NCBI GenBank assembly: GCA_035687145.1
Contig: DASRYM010000039.1
Location: forward strand, 1,219 to 65,218
Length of the DNA stretch: 64,000 bases
Source of the DNA: Candidatus Zixiibacteriota bacterium
Lineage (GTDB): Bacteria > Chloroflexota > Limnocylindria > QHBO01
Direction: 5' to 3'
Shown here in pieces: positions 28,920 through 39,627 of the stretch (position 1 is its first letter; every line of letters begins with the position of its first letter). A program made the translations under genes and the position numbers. Below the pieces are notes generated by a model that worked only from the letters and a program-made list of their open reading frames with translations, searched no databases and was not told where the DNA came from.

Positions 28920-29723
28920 TCACGGTGGCGACCGCGCGCCGCTCTCGATGGCGGCGATCAGCAGCGCCGCGCGACGCGCCCGCACCGGCCGCCCCTCTTC
29001 GATCGCGTACAGCAGCGCGGCGTGGAGCTCGTTGAGCCGCTCGTCGCCGGCGAGCACCCTTGCCCGCGCCGCCAGGTCCGGCTGCAGCGCGATGGTGGCC
29101 ATTCGGCAGGCGGCTGCCGCGACCGCGTTTCCGCTCAGTCGCGCGACCGCTCGGTGCACCTCCAGATCGGCCGTGGTGAAGACCTGCGCGTCCGGGGAGG
29201 CCCGAGCCCTGGACCGCTCACCGACGGCCAACCGCAGCTCACCCAGCTCTCGTTCGCGTCCACGCCGTCTGCCGCCGGCCGACTTGGCCGCGCTGGCCGC
29301 CACCACCGGCTCCACGGCGGTCCGCAGCTCCGCCACATCAGCCCGTCTCGCTCGTCGCTGCACGGCCCGCAGCGTGCGCGCTGCTCTGGGCCGCCGGGCG
29401 ACGAACGTTCCGCGGCCCTGGCGCACCTCCACCATTCCCTCTGCCTTCAGCTGAGCGACCGCTTCCCGCACGACACCCAACGACACGCCAAGCTGGCGCG
29501 CAACCTCGCGCATTGGCTCCAGGCGCTGCCCGGGCCGCACCTGGCCCAGCACGATCCGCCGCCGGATCGCGTCGGCCGTGCGATCCGCCAGCGTGCCGCG
29601 CTCGATCGGCGGCAGCGACAGCGGCTGGCGCCACCACGATGGCCGCCGCGCCCGCCGCTTCGCCTGCGCCGTCTGCTTCCTTCCCACCCCAAAGCCACCT
29701 GCGCTCTGAATTGTTCGGATCAT
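28920..29723 (-). CDS. GntR family (FadR/FCD-type) transcriptional regulator
   Basis: GntR HTH (EPMREVARQLGVSLGVVREAVAQLKAEGMV) plus a helical FCD-like C-terminus. The annotated start lies inside a copy of the palindromic element. The true start may be an internal GTG. Confidence 0.7.
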   Translation of the reverse strand: MIRTIQSAGGFGVGRKQTAQAKRRARRPSWWRQPLSLPPIERGTLADRTADAIRRRIVLGQVRPGQRLEPMREVARQLGVSLGVVREAVAQLKAEGMVEVRQGRGTFVARRPRAARTLRAVQRRARRADVAELRTAVEPVVAASAAKSAGGRRRGRERELGELRLAVGERSRARASPDAQVFTTADLEVHRAVARLSGNAVAAAACRMATIALQPDLAARARVLAGDERLNELHAALLYAIEEGRPVRARRAALLIAAIESGARSPP

Positions 29724-29731
29724 CCGAACAC
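29711..29731. repeat. palindromic element copy (TTGTTCGGATCATCCGAACAC)
   Basis: Overlaps the 5' end of the GntR regulator gene, in the divergent GntR/IMPase region. Confidence 0.8.
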
Positions 29732-29802
29732 TTGCAGGTGGCGCCTTACCGGGCGGTTACTCGGCACTTACCGGCAAGGGCGGCGGGTAGCATCCATCGG
29801 GC

Positions 29803-30633
29803 ATGGATCAATGGCAGGACGACCTGCGGTTCGCCGTCGAGGTAGCCAATCGGGCGGGAGAGCTGCTGAAGGCCAGCTATGGCCGTGTGGAGCGCGTGGA
29901 TCGCAAGAGCAAGCGGGACGTGGTGACCGAGGTGGACTACGCATCCGAGCGCCTGGTGCTCGACGCCATCCGGGAGGCGTACCCCGCCGACGAGATCCTG
30001 GCCGAAGAATCGGGCCACCACCAGCGGCGCGGAGCCAGGGGACGGCGGGATCGGAGCAGGCGGACCTGGGTGGTGGATCCACTGGATGGGACGGTGAACT
30101 ACGCGAATGCGATCCCGTACTTCTGCGTCAGCATTGGTCTGGTAGAGGACGGGAGGCCGGTGGTCGGCGTCGTCCTCGATCCTCTGCGGGGCGACTGCTT
30201 CGCGGCGGCGGCGGACGGGCCGGCGACGTTGAACGGTGTCCCGGTAACGACCAGCGACAAGGATGAGCTGGGGGATTTCGTGGTGAGCCTGGCGATCATC
30301 GGGCGCGACGGCACCGGACGCGAGCGGCGGATCGCGCGCCGGATCCGGATCCCGCGGCGCATGGGGAGCGCGGCGTTGTCGCTGGCGTACGTGGCGAACG
30401 GGCGCTTCGATGCCTTCGTACAGAACGGCGGGCTGTCGCTGTGGGACGTGGCCGCGGCGGGGCTCATCGCCGAGCGTGGCGGGGCAACGGTGAGCGACCT
30501 GTACGGCGGGGAGTGGTGGGATATGCGCCGGAAGAGCAGCACGGTCAGCGTGGTCGCCGCCCCGCAGCCCCACCACGGGGAGTTGCTGGAACTCCTCGCC
30601 TCAACCGGGGTCCGAGCCCGAACCCGCCGCTGA
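29803..30633 (+). CDS. inositol monophosphatase family protein
   Basis: WVVDPLDGT motif and IMPase fold. Confidence 0.8.
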   Translation: MDQWQDDLRFAVEVANRAGELLKASYGRVERVDRKSKRDVVTEVDYASERLVLDAIREAYPADEILAEESGHHQRRGARGRRDRSRRTWVVDPLDGTVNYANAIPYFCVSIGLVEDGRPVVGVVLDPLRGDCFAAAADGPATLNGVPVTTSDKDELGDFVVSLAIIGRDGTGRERRIARRIRIPRRMGSAALSLAYVANGRFDAFVQNGGLSLWDVAAAGLIAERGGATVSDLYGGEWWDMRRKSSTVSVVAAPQPHHGELLELLASTGVRARTRR

Positions 30634-30650
30634 GGCGGCGGCACGCACCC

Positions 30651-31343
30651 TCAGGTGAGCTCGCCCGCCAGACGCAGGACGGTGGCGAACATCGCCAGGC
30701 TGCGGGCGGTCGCACCCCAGATGAGGTGCTCCCCATGCCGATACCCACCGGCCAGCCGCTGCCAGCCCGGCCCCGAGATTACCTCCTCGACCAGTCGGCC
30801 CTCTTCCAGCAGGAGGCGCGCCGGCAGCTCGATGATCGCCTCGACCTCCGGCTCGTGAGCGACCAGGTCGGGGGCCGACGGCAGCGCGCCGACGAAGGGC
30901 CGCAGCTCGAAGTTGCTGACCGGGATCCACGTGGCGTCGAGCTGCCCGAGGACGCGGACGTCGGCCGGCGGCACGCCGAGCTCCTCCCAGGCCTCGCGCA
31001 GGGCGGCGTCGGCTGGCGTCGGATCGGAGGGATCGATCGCGCCGCCGGGCAGCGAGACCTCCCCCGCATGCTCGCGCAGGTTGGCGTGGCGCACGGTCAG
31101 TGGGATGACGAGCTCGCGCGTGGCATCGGGGGTGACACGCGGGTAGAGGAGGAGCAGGGTCGCCGCGCGGCGGGCGGGCGGGAAGGCGGACCGCTCCGCC
31201 TGGCCCTCGGCCGGGCTCCCTTCGGCGCGCGGCACCGTCCGGGGCGTCACCCGCGGGTCGACGGCGATCGGTCGTGGCACCCGGCGCAGGGCCCGGGCGA
31301 TGGCCTCCTGCCAGTCGCCGTCAGCGCGTAAGATGCGCTCCAT
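30651..31343 (-). CDS. NUDIX hydrolase (CoA pyrophosphatase-like)
   Basis: Nudix box GEVSLPGGAIDPSDPTPADAALREAWEELGV. Confidence 0.75.
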   Translation of the reverse strand: MERILRADGDWQEAIARALRRVPRPIAVDPRVTPRTVPRAEGSPAEGQAERSAFPPARRAATLLLLYPRVTPDATRELVIPLTVRHANLREHAGEVSLPGGAIDPSDPTPADAALREAWEELGVPPADVRVLGQLDATWIPVSNFELRPFVGALPSAPDLVAHEPEVEAIIELPARLLLEEGRLVEEVISGPGWQRLAGGYRHGEHLIWGATARSLAMFATVLRLAGELT

Positions 31344-31803
31344 GACCTCCCGCCTTCCCGTCCTGGGCGACCGCGACGCGCGCGTTCGCGAGGCCCTCTA
31401 CCAGACCCGCATCCTGGTGAACCGCACGCCGCACTTCAGCACGTCCACCCGGCGCGAGGCAAATCGGGCGTTGGACATGCTCGAGGGCCAGCTGGGGCGC
31501 AACCAGGTGAATGTGGCGGAGGCGATCCGTGGCATCGAGCTGCTCAACCGGGCGCACAGCTCGCTCCTGTTCGGGCTGCTTCGCGATCCGGCCTTCTGCG
31601 ATCGGTTCGGCCCGGCGCTGCGGCGCCTGGGTCTGCGGGGGCTCGACCAGCGGCTGAGCGAGGTTCCGAGCTCGGTCATGGCGTTGCCGATCCCGGGGCC
31701 AACCGGCGGCCGCCGCCACCGCGACGAGCTGCCGCCCGAGGAGCGGACCGACGCCGAGGGCAACCCGCTGCCACCGCCGCCCGGCTGGTACGTCGGCTAC
31801 TGA
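31342..31803 (+). CDS. hypothetical protein
   Basis: MTSRLPVLGDRDARVREALYQTRILVN... The ATG (31342-31344) overlaps the CAT (31341-31343) of the divergent NUDIX start. Confidence 0.4.
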   Translation: MTSRLPVLGDRDARVREALYQTRILVNRTPHFSTSTRREANRALDMLEGQLGRNQVNVAEAIRGIELLNRAHSSLLFGLLRDPAFCDRFGPALRRLGLRGLDQRLSEVPSSVMALPIPGPTGGRRHRDELPPEERTDAEGNPLPPPPGWYVGY

Positions 31804-31811
31804 GCCACGAA

Positions 31812-31832
31812 GTGTTCGGATGATCCGAACAC
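31812..31832. repeat. palindromic element copy (perfect 10-bp arms GTGTTCGGAT G ATCCGAACAC)
   Basis: Exactly fills the gap between the convergent stops of the hypothetical gene (31803) and ecfA2 (31833). Could act as a bidirectional terminator. Confidence 0.8.
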
Positions 31833-32687
31833 TCACCGCGCGGGGCGGCCGCCGAGGGCGGTGAACAGCGTCTCGTCAGTGGGGGTGGGGGTCGCCAGGC
31901 CAAGGCGCTCGCCGAGGATGGCGGCCAGCGGCGGCTCGAGGTAGGTCGAGCGCAGGGTCGGCCAGGCATCGGGCGCGAAGACCGATGCCGGCGGGCCGTC
32001 GGCGACCACCCGGCCCTGGCGCAGGACGATGACCCGCGCGAAATTGCCGGCCACGAACTCCATGTCGTGGCTGATGGCGATGACCGTGCGGCCGGCCGCG
32101 GAGGCCTCGTCGATCACGTGGCGCACGGTCGCCACGCCGCGCGGGTCCTGGCCGGTGGTCGGCTCGTCCAGGACGAGCACGGGGGTGCGCATGGCCAGGA
32201 CCGATGCCAGGGCCAGCAGCTTGCGGCGCGAGCCGCCGAGGTCGTAGGGGTTGGTGCGGTCGTCGCCGGCGAGGCCCACGGTGGTCAGCGCCTGCTCGAC
32301 CACCGCCCGCAGCGCCGGTCCGCGCAGGCCCAGGTTGCGCGGCCCGAACTCGACCTCGGCGCGGACGGTGCCGGCGAAGATCTGGCGATCGGGGTCCTGG
32401 AAGACGAGGCCGACGACGCGCGCCAGGTCGGCCACGCTGCGGCGACGCGTGGGACGATCGTCGAAGCAGACCTCGCCGCCCGTCGGGCGCAGCAGGCCGT
32501 TGAGGTGGCGGACCAGCGTGGACTTGCCACTGCCGTTCTGCCCGACCACGGCGACTCGTTCGCCCGGTCCGATGGTGAGCGTCACGCCCTCCAGAGCGCG
32601 GACCGCGCCGTCCCGAGTTGGGTAGGTGTAGGTCACGCCATCGAGGTCGATGCGCGGGGGAGCCGCGGGGAGCGGGGCGGCGGTCAT
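31833..32687 (-). CDS. ecfA: ECF transporter ATPase component EcfA2
   Basis: Walker A GQNGSGKST, LSGGQ-like GGSRRKL, Walker B VLVLDEPT. Only the C-terminal 284 aa of the 854-aa ORF are genuine. ATGA overlap with ecfA1. Confidence 0.8.
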   Translation of the reverse strand: MTAAPLPAAPPRIDLDGVTYTYPTRDGAVRALEGVTLTIGPGERVAVVGQNGSGKSTLVRHLNGLLRPTGGEVCFDDRPTRRRSVADLARVVGLVFQDPDRQIFAGTVRAEVEFGPRNLGLRGPALRAVVEQALTTVGLAGDDRTNPYDLGGSRRKLLALASVLAMRTPVLVLDEPTTGQDPRGVATVRHVIDEASAAGRTVIAISHDMEFVAGNFARVIVLRQGRVVADGPPASVFAPDAWPTLRSTYLEPPLAAILGERLGLATPTPTDETLFTALGGRPAR

Positions 32688-33505
32688 CGGCCGAGGGCTC
32701 CCTCCAGGCGGGCGAGGGCATCCGGCGGGACCTGCGCGGACCGGGCGGCGCGCGGGATGCGGACCGCGGCCGGCGGCGCCACCCCGAGATCGACCAGCCG
32801 GGGATCGGCGAGCACCTCCGCCGTCGGCCCGCTCAGGGCCACGCGGCCGTGCTCCAGGACCACGACCCGCTGGCAGGTGCCGGCCAGCAGATCGGTCTTC
32901 TGCTCGGTGATCAGGATCGAGGTGCCGGTGCCGGCCAGGGCGGACAGAGCATCGGCCACCAGCTGCGTGCCGGCCGGGTCGAGCTGGGCCGTCGGCTCGT
33001 CGAGCACCAGGTGGCGCGGCCGCATGGCCAGGAGGCCGGCGATCGCCACCAGCTGCTGCTGCCCACCGGAGAGGCGGGATGGATCGCGGTCGGCCAGGGC
33101 GTCGATGCGCAACGTGGACAGCGCCCCCCACGTGCGTGCCAGCACCTCGGGGAGTGGAAGGCCGAGGTTCATCGGCCCGAAGGCGACCTCCTCGAAGACC
33201 GTGGTGGCCACCCCGGAAAGCTGGGTGTGCGGGTTCTGGAAGCCGATGGCCACCTCGCTCGCCAGCCGGTGCATCGGCCAGTCGTCGACGTGCTGCCCAT
33301 CCAGCCGGACGTGGCCCCGGATGCGCCCGCCCACCGCCCGCGGGGCGAGGCCAGAGACGACCAGGCACAGCGTGGTCTTGCCCGCCTCCGAGGCGCCGGC
33401 CACGCCGACCACCTCGCCGTCGGCCAGCTCCAGGTCGACGTCGAGCAGCGACGGCTTGCGCGCGCCGGCGTACCGGTAGCCGACGCCCTCCAGGCGCAGG
33501 CCCAC
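32684..33505 (-). CDS. ecfA: ECF transporter ATPase component EcfA1
   Basis: ABC ATPase motifs (GASEAGKTT, LSGGQQQLVAIA, LVLDEPTAQLD). GTG start. Confidence 0.8.
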   Translation of the reverse strand: MGLRLEGVGYRYAGARKPSLLDVDLELADGEVVGVAGASEAGKTTLCLVVSGLAPRAVGGRIRGHVRLDGQHVDDWPMHRLASEVAIGFQNPHTQLSGVATTVFEEVAFGPMNLGLPLPEVLARTWGALSTLRIDALADRDPSRLSGGQQQLVAIAGLLAMRPRHLVLDEPTAQLDPAGTQLVADALSALAGTGTSILITEQKTDLLAGTCQRVVVLEHGRVALSGPTAEVLADPRLVDLGVAPPAAVRIPRAARSAQVPPDALARLEGALGR

Positions 33506-34348
33506 CTACAGCGCTCCGAGCACGCGCGCCACGATCAGGGCCACCAGCCCCGCGACCAGCGCCCAGCGCAGGAGGGCCTGCGCCGGCGAGTCGGGCGGCG
33601 TCCACAGGAGAGTGCGGCGCCCCGGGCGCGAGAAGGCGCGTGCCTCCAGGGCCAGGGTGCGCTCCTCGACCTCGGCGATCGAGCCGAGGATGACCGGCCC
33701 CACGATCGGCACGATGCCGCGCGCCCGGCGCCAGACGCTGCCCTCGGTGTCCAGGCCGCGCGCCCGCTGGGCGTCGGTGATCTGGGCGGCGCGCTCGACC
33801 ATGGCCGGCACGGTCTGGACCGATGCGTTGGCCACGAACGCGACCCGCGGGCTCACCCCGCGCCGCTCGAGGTCGACGACCAGGTCGGCGGGGCGAGTGG
33901 TCAGGTAGAAGAGGGTGATCGCCCCGCTGATGGCCATGATCCGCACCAGGATCTCCAGGGCGAAGGCCAGCCCCTCGGCGGTGGCCACCACCGGGCCGAT
34001 GCGCAGCAGCTCCGTCTGCCCGCCGGGGAAGAAGAAGACGTTGACCAGCACGGCGCTGATGGCGATGGGCAATGCCAGCAGCAACGCGGTACGCGCCAGG
34101 CGGCCGAGGACCGAGGCCGCCACGGCCGGCACCACGACCAGGACCGCCAGCAGCAGCAGCGGGCCGATCAGGCCGCCGATGACCACCGCGGCGATGGCGG
34201 TGGTGGTGGCCAGGGTGGCCTTGGTCAGCGGGTTGAGGCGGTGATACGCGGTCGGACCGGGGCGCCCGATCGATTCGGGCAGTCCCCGGTCCTCGGCGCT
34301 CGGCGTGGCCGCGGCCGGGGTGCTGGTCAGGCCGGCGCCCCCCGCCAC
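33506..34348 (-). CDS. ecfT: ECF transporter transmembrane component EcfT (CbiQ family)
   Basis: Polytopic membrane protein with AYHRLNPLTK near the N-terminus, typical of EcfT. Start uncertain (overlaps S by 22 nt). Confidence 0.7.
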   Translation of the reverse strand: MAGGAGLTSTPAAATPSAEDRGLPESIGRPGPTAYHRLNPLTKATLATTTAIAAVVIGGLIGPLLLLAVLVVVPAVAASVLGRLARTALLLALPIAISAVLVNVFFFPGGQTELLRIGPVVATAEGLAFALEILVRIMAISGAITLFYLTTRPADLVVDLERRGVSPRVAFVANASVQTVPAMVERAAQITDAQRARGLDTEGSVWRRARGIVPIVGPVILGSIAEVEERTLALEARAFSRPGRRTLLWTPPDSPAQALLRWALVAGLVALIVARVLGAL

Positions 34349-35394
34349 TCGCCCTCGTCCGCGGTCCCCGGCTCCTCGGCCTCCAGGAGCAGCTCACCCT
34401 GCGGGAAGCGCGCCTTCGTGCGACGCGCCATGGCGTTCAGCACGAGGTAGACCACGAAGAAGGTGACCAGCTTGTCGACCGGGTCGGAGAGCAGGCCCTG
34501 CTGGAAGGTGGCAGCCTGGATGTCGGAGCCGGCCTGGCGGAAGGCGGCCACCAGGAAGTCGGTCCCCGAGCCGGTGACGCCGCTGAACAGATTGGCGCTG
34601 ATCGGAGCGCTGATCAGGGCGGCGATGACCCCGGTGATGACGCCGGCCACGGTGACGTAGGCCACGGTCAGGTCGCGTCGCACGAAGAGCAGCAGCAGGA
34701 AGCCGATGATGAACGCGGCGAACAGCGCGGCGATCAGCCAGCCGAGGACGACGAACAGCGGGTCGGTGGTATCGGGATTGAAGAACTCGAAGGTCTCGGT
34801 GTAGAAGCGGGTGTAGGCGTAGAGGGCCAGGCCGGCCACCACCGCCAGCGCCAGCACCGCCCCGATGGCCAGCTGCCCGGCCGGGCGGTCGGGTCGCGGG
34901 CGCAACCACCCGGCGCGGGCGAAGAGGCCGGCCAGCAGGCCGATGACCGCCGCCACGATCGCGAACGGGGCGGCCACCGTGCCCTGGAAGGGCGGCGGGA
35001 TGACGTACTGCCACAGGATGTTGGCCAGGAAACCGGTCAGGGCGCCGGGGATCGGCCCCGCCAGCGCGCCGACCAGGATGGTGCCGATGCTGTCGAGGTA
35101 GATCGGGATCTTCAGCGCGTTGGCCACCGCCGCGCCCAGGATGATGTTGATGGCGATGGCGATCGGCATCAGGACCAGGGTGCGCATGTCGAACTGCGCC
35201 GCGATGGAGCCGAAGCCGCCGGTCTGCAGGTACTCCACCAGCGCATAGGCGATGAAAGCGGCCAGCAGCCCGAGGGCGGCGACCAGCGCCCAGGAGTCGC
35301 CTGCGGCATCGGTCGAGAAGTCGCCGATGACCACGATCCCCACGAAGGCCACGACCACGAATGCCGCCAGGGCGGCGACCCAGCGCACGATCAC
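34327..35394 (-). CDS. ECF transporter substrate-specific (S) component, long form
   Basis: Highly hydrophobic 355 aa directly upstream of ecfT/A1/A2. The GTG start overlaps the TGA of the nucleoside hydrolase (GTGA). Confidence 0.55.
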   Translation of the reverse strand: MIVRWVAALAAFVVVAFVGIVVIGDFSTDAAGDSWALVAALGLLAAFIAYALVEYLQTGGFGSIAAQFDMRTLVLMPIAIAINIILGAAVANALKIPIYLDSIGTILVGALAGPIPGALTGFLANILWQYVIPPPFQGTVAAPFAIVAAVIGLLAGLFARAGWLRPRPDRPAGQLAIGAVLALAVVAGLALYAYTRFYTETFEFFNPDTTDPLFVVLGWLIAALFAAFIIGFLLLLFVRRDLTVAYVTVAGVITGVIAALISAPISANLFSGVTGSGTDFLVAAFRQAGSDIQAATFQQGLLSDPVDKLVTFFVVYLVLNAMARRTKARFPQGELLLEAEEPGTADEGEWRGAPA

Positions 35395-36419
35395 GTTCGG
35401 AATCCTCCTTCGGCTATCCCGGCCGCGGCCTGCGGCCCGGCGACGGCGCGGCCCAGCCGCTCGAGCAGCTCGGCCTTCATCCCCTCGGCGTCGATGGCGG
35501 TGACGACCTCCACCTCCGGGCGTTGGTCATCGGCGGCGCGGTACAGGCTGCCGGCAACGCGCGGGTCGGAGCTGGTGTCGCAGGCGAGGCGCACGCGCAC
35601 CGTCTCGGTCACCAGGTCGGGCCGCAGCAGGGCACCGATCAGGGTGACCGGGTCGTGGAGGTAGGCGCCGTCGATGCCATCGGCCTCGCGATGGAACGCC
35701 ACGTAGTAGCGGACGGCGTCACGCACCACGCCGGCCAGGTGCGTCTCCGGCAGGGAGCGGAGGTCGTCCATGGTGAACACCACGTCCTGCGTGGCGTCCA
35801 GCGGGAAGATGCGGTCCAGCACCCCCTCCTTCAGGCACGTCTCGGCGGCCTCAGGGTCGACGCAGGCGTTCCACTCCCCGGTCTCGGTGGTGTTGCCCCG
35901 CTCCTCGAGGGTGCCGCCCATCCAGATCACCTCGCGCGTGCCGCCGGCCAGGTCCACGCCACCCATCGCCGCCGAGGCCAGGTTGGTGAGCGGGCCAAGG
36001 GCCAGCAGGGTCATCTCCCCGGGGTGGCGCTTGACGTGCGCGCCCAGGTAGCGGGGCGCGGGGAGGGCGGTGTACTCGGTGGTGCCCAGCGAGCGGTCCT
36101 CGCCCCGCAGCTCGACGAAGCCGGTACCGGTGGGGCCGTGGGTGTCCGGGGCGGTCCGCAGCCGCCGCTGGAGCGGCCGCGCGGCGCCGATGCTGACCGG
36201 CACGTCGGAGCGGCCCATCATCGAGAGCACCTTCCCGGTGTTGCGCGCCACGTGGTGGATCTCGACGTTGCCGGCCACGCAGGTCACGCCCCGCAGGTTG
36301 AGCTCCGGGGCGCTGGCGGCGATCAGCAGCGCGATCATGTCGTCGATCCCGGTGTCGACGTCCATGATCAGCGGGCGCGGGCCTGACCGGGCCTCGTCGG
36401 ACGGCTCCACGTCCTCCAT
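35391..36419 (-). CDS. inosine-uridine preferring nucleoside hydrolase family protein
   Basis: MDVDTGIDDMIALL aspartate cluster typical of IU-nucleoside hydrolases. Confidence 0.8.
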   Translation of the reverse strand: MEDVEPSDEARSGPRPLIMDVDTGIDDMIALLIAASAPELNLRGVTCVAGNVEIHHVARNTGKVLSMMGRSDVPVSIGAARPLQRRLRTAPDTHGPTGTGFVELRGEDRSLGTTEYTALPAPRYLGAHVKRHPGEMTLLALGPLTNLASAAMGGVDLAGGTREVIWMGGTLEERGNTTETGEWNACVDPEAAETCLKEGVLDRIFPLDATQDVVFTMDDLRSLPETHLAGVVRDAVRYYVAFHREADGIDGAYLHDPVTLIGALLRPDLVTETVRVRLACDTSSDPRVAGSLYRAADDQRPEVEVVTAIDAEGMKAELLERLGRAVAGPQAAAGIAEGGFRT

Positions 36420-36440
36420 CCTAGCGTGCCCGCCCAGCGA

Positions 36441-37351
36441 TCAGCGACCGGCCGGCGGCCAACCGCCGGCCCGCCCCACCTTGCTGCCCACCTCCGGCTT
36501 GCCGAGCGCCTTCGCCGCGAAACGCGCGGCGGCCAGCAGCCGGTCCAGGTCCACGCCGTGACGCAGGCCCTGGCGGTCGAGCAGGTAGACGAGGTCCTCG
36601 GTGGCCAGGTTCCCGGCGGCGCCCGGGGCGTACGGCGAGCCACCGGTGCCTCCGGCCGCCGCGTCGAAGGCGGCCACACCCACGTCGAGGGCGGCCATCA
36701 CGTTGGCCAGCGCCGTCCCGCGCGTGTCGTGGAGGTGCAGCGCCACCACCTCCGGACCGACTCCAGCGGCGCCCAGCGCGTCGAGCACGCGCCGCACGTC
36801 GACCGGCGCCGCGACCCCGACGGTGTCCGAGATGGCCAGCTCGTCCACGCCCATGGCCAGCAGCCGCTCGCAGACGCTCACCACTGCCCGCGGGTCGACC
36901 TCCCCCTCGTAGGGGCAGCCGAAGGCGGTGCTCACGTAGGCGCGCAGCCACCAGCCCCGTCTCCGGGCCTCCTCGGCGATCGGCGTGAACTCGGCCAGCG
37001 ACTCGTCGATCCCCATCCCGATGTTGTGGCGCACGTACGACTCGGTGGCCGCGGTGAACAGGCAGATCGCATCGACTTCGGCCGCGATCGCGCGCTCCAG
37101 CCCGCGCGCGTTCGGCACCAGCACCGGGTAGCGGACGCCCGGGCGCCGTTCGAGGCGCGCCATGAGCCCGTCGGCATCGGCCAGGGCGGGGATGGCGCGC
37201 GGCGAGACGAAGGAGGTGGCCTCGATCTCGCGCAGGCCGGCATCGGCCAGCAGGCCGATCAGGGCCAGCTTGTCGTCGGTCGACAGGACCTGGCGCTCCG
37301 CCTGCAGGCCGTCGCGCGGCGCGACCTCGTAGATGCGCACGTCCAGCGCGG

Positions 37352-37355
<4 letters not shown>
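36441..37355 (-). CDS. hydroxymethylglutaryl-CoA lyase
   Basis: YEVAPRDGLQ, HLHDTRG and GGSPYAPGAAGN HMGL motifs. ATGA overlap with the MCC alpha stop. Confidence 0.85.
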
Positions 37356-39448
<2,093 letters not shown>

Positions 39449-39627
39449 GTCGCGATTGTCGCACCGGTGGGCTCCGGCGTTACGGCCGGCAGCGAAGCGG
39501 GCCGGGTTGCGGCGGCGGCGTATCATCCTCACTGCCCCGTCGCGCTGATCGTTGTCCCACCGACAGCGTCTGGCAGCGCGCATACCCGAGCGTGCGCATG
39601 GTCATCTGAATCGCGGGAGGAAGATGC

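Noticed and set aside
28161-30266. 701-aa plus ORF, and similar long ORFs at 37436..39682(+), 39529..41580(-), 55841..56749(-), 57668..59482(-)
   Set aside because: All are antisense or out-of-frame to strongly supported genes and have Arg/Gly/Pro-dominated composition.
31833-34397. 854-aa minus ORF as a single protein
   Set aside because: Only the C-terminal 284 aa (EcfA2) are real. The rest is an alternative frame across ecfA1 and ecfT. The same reasoning applies to 61329..63236 (only the GabT-like 454 aa are real).
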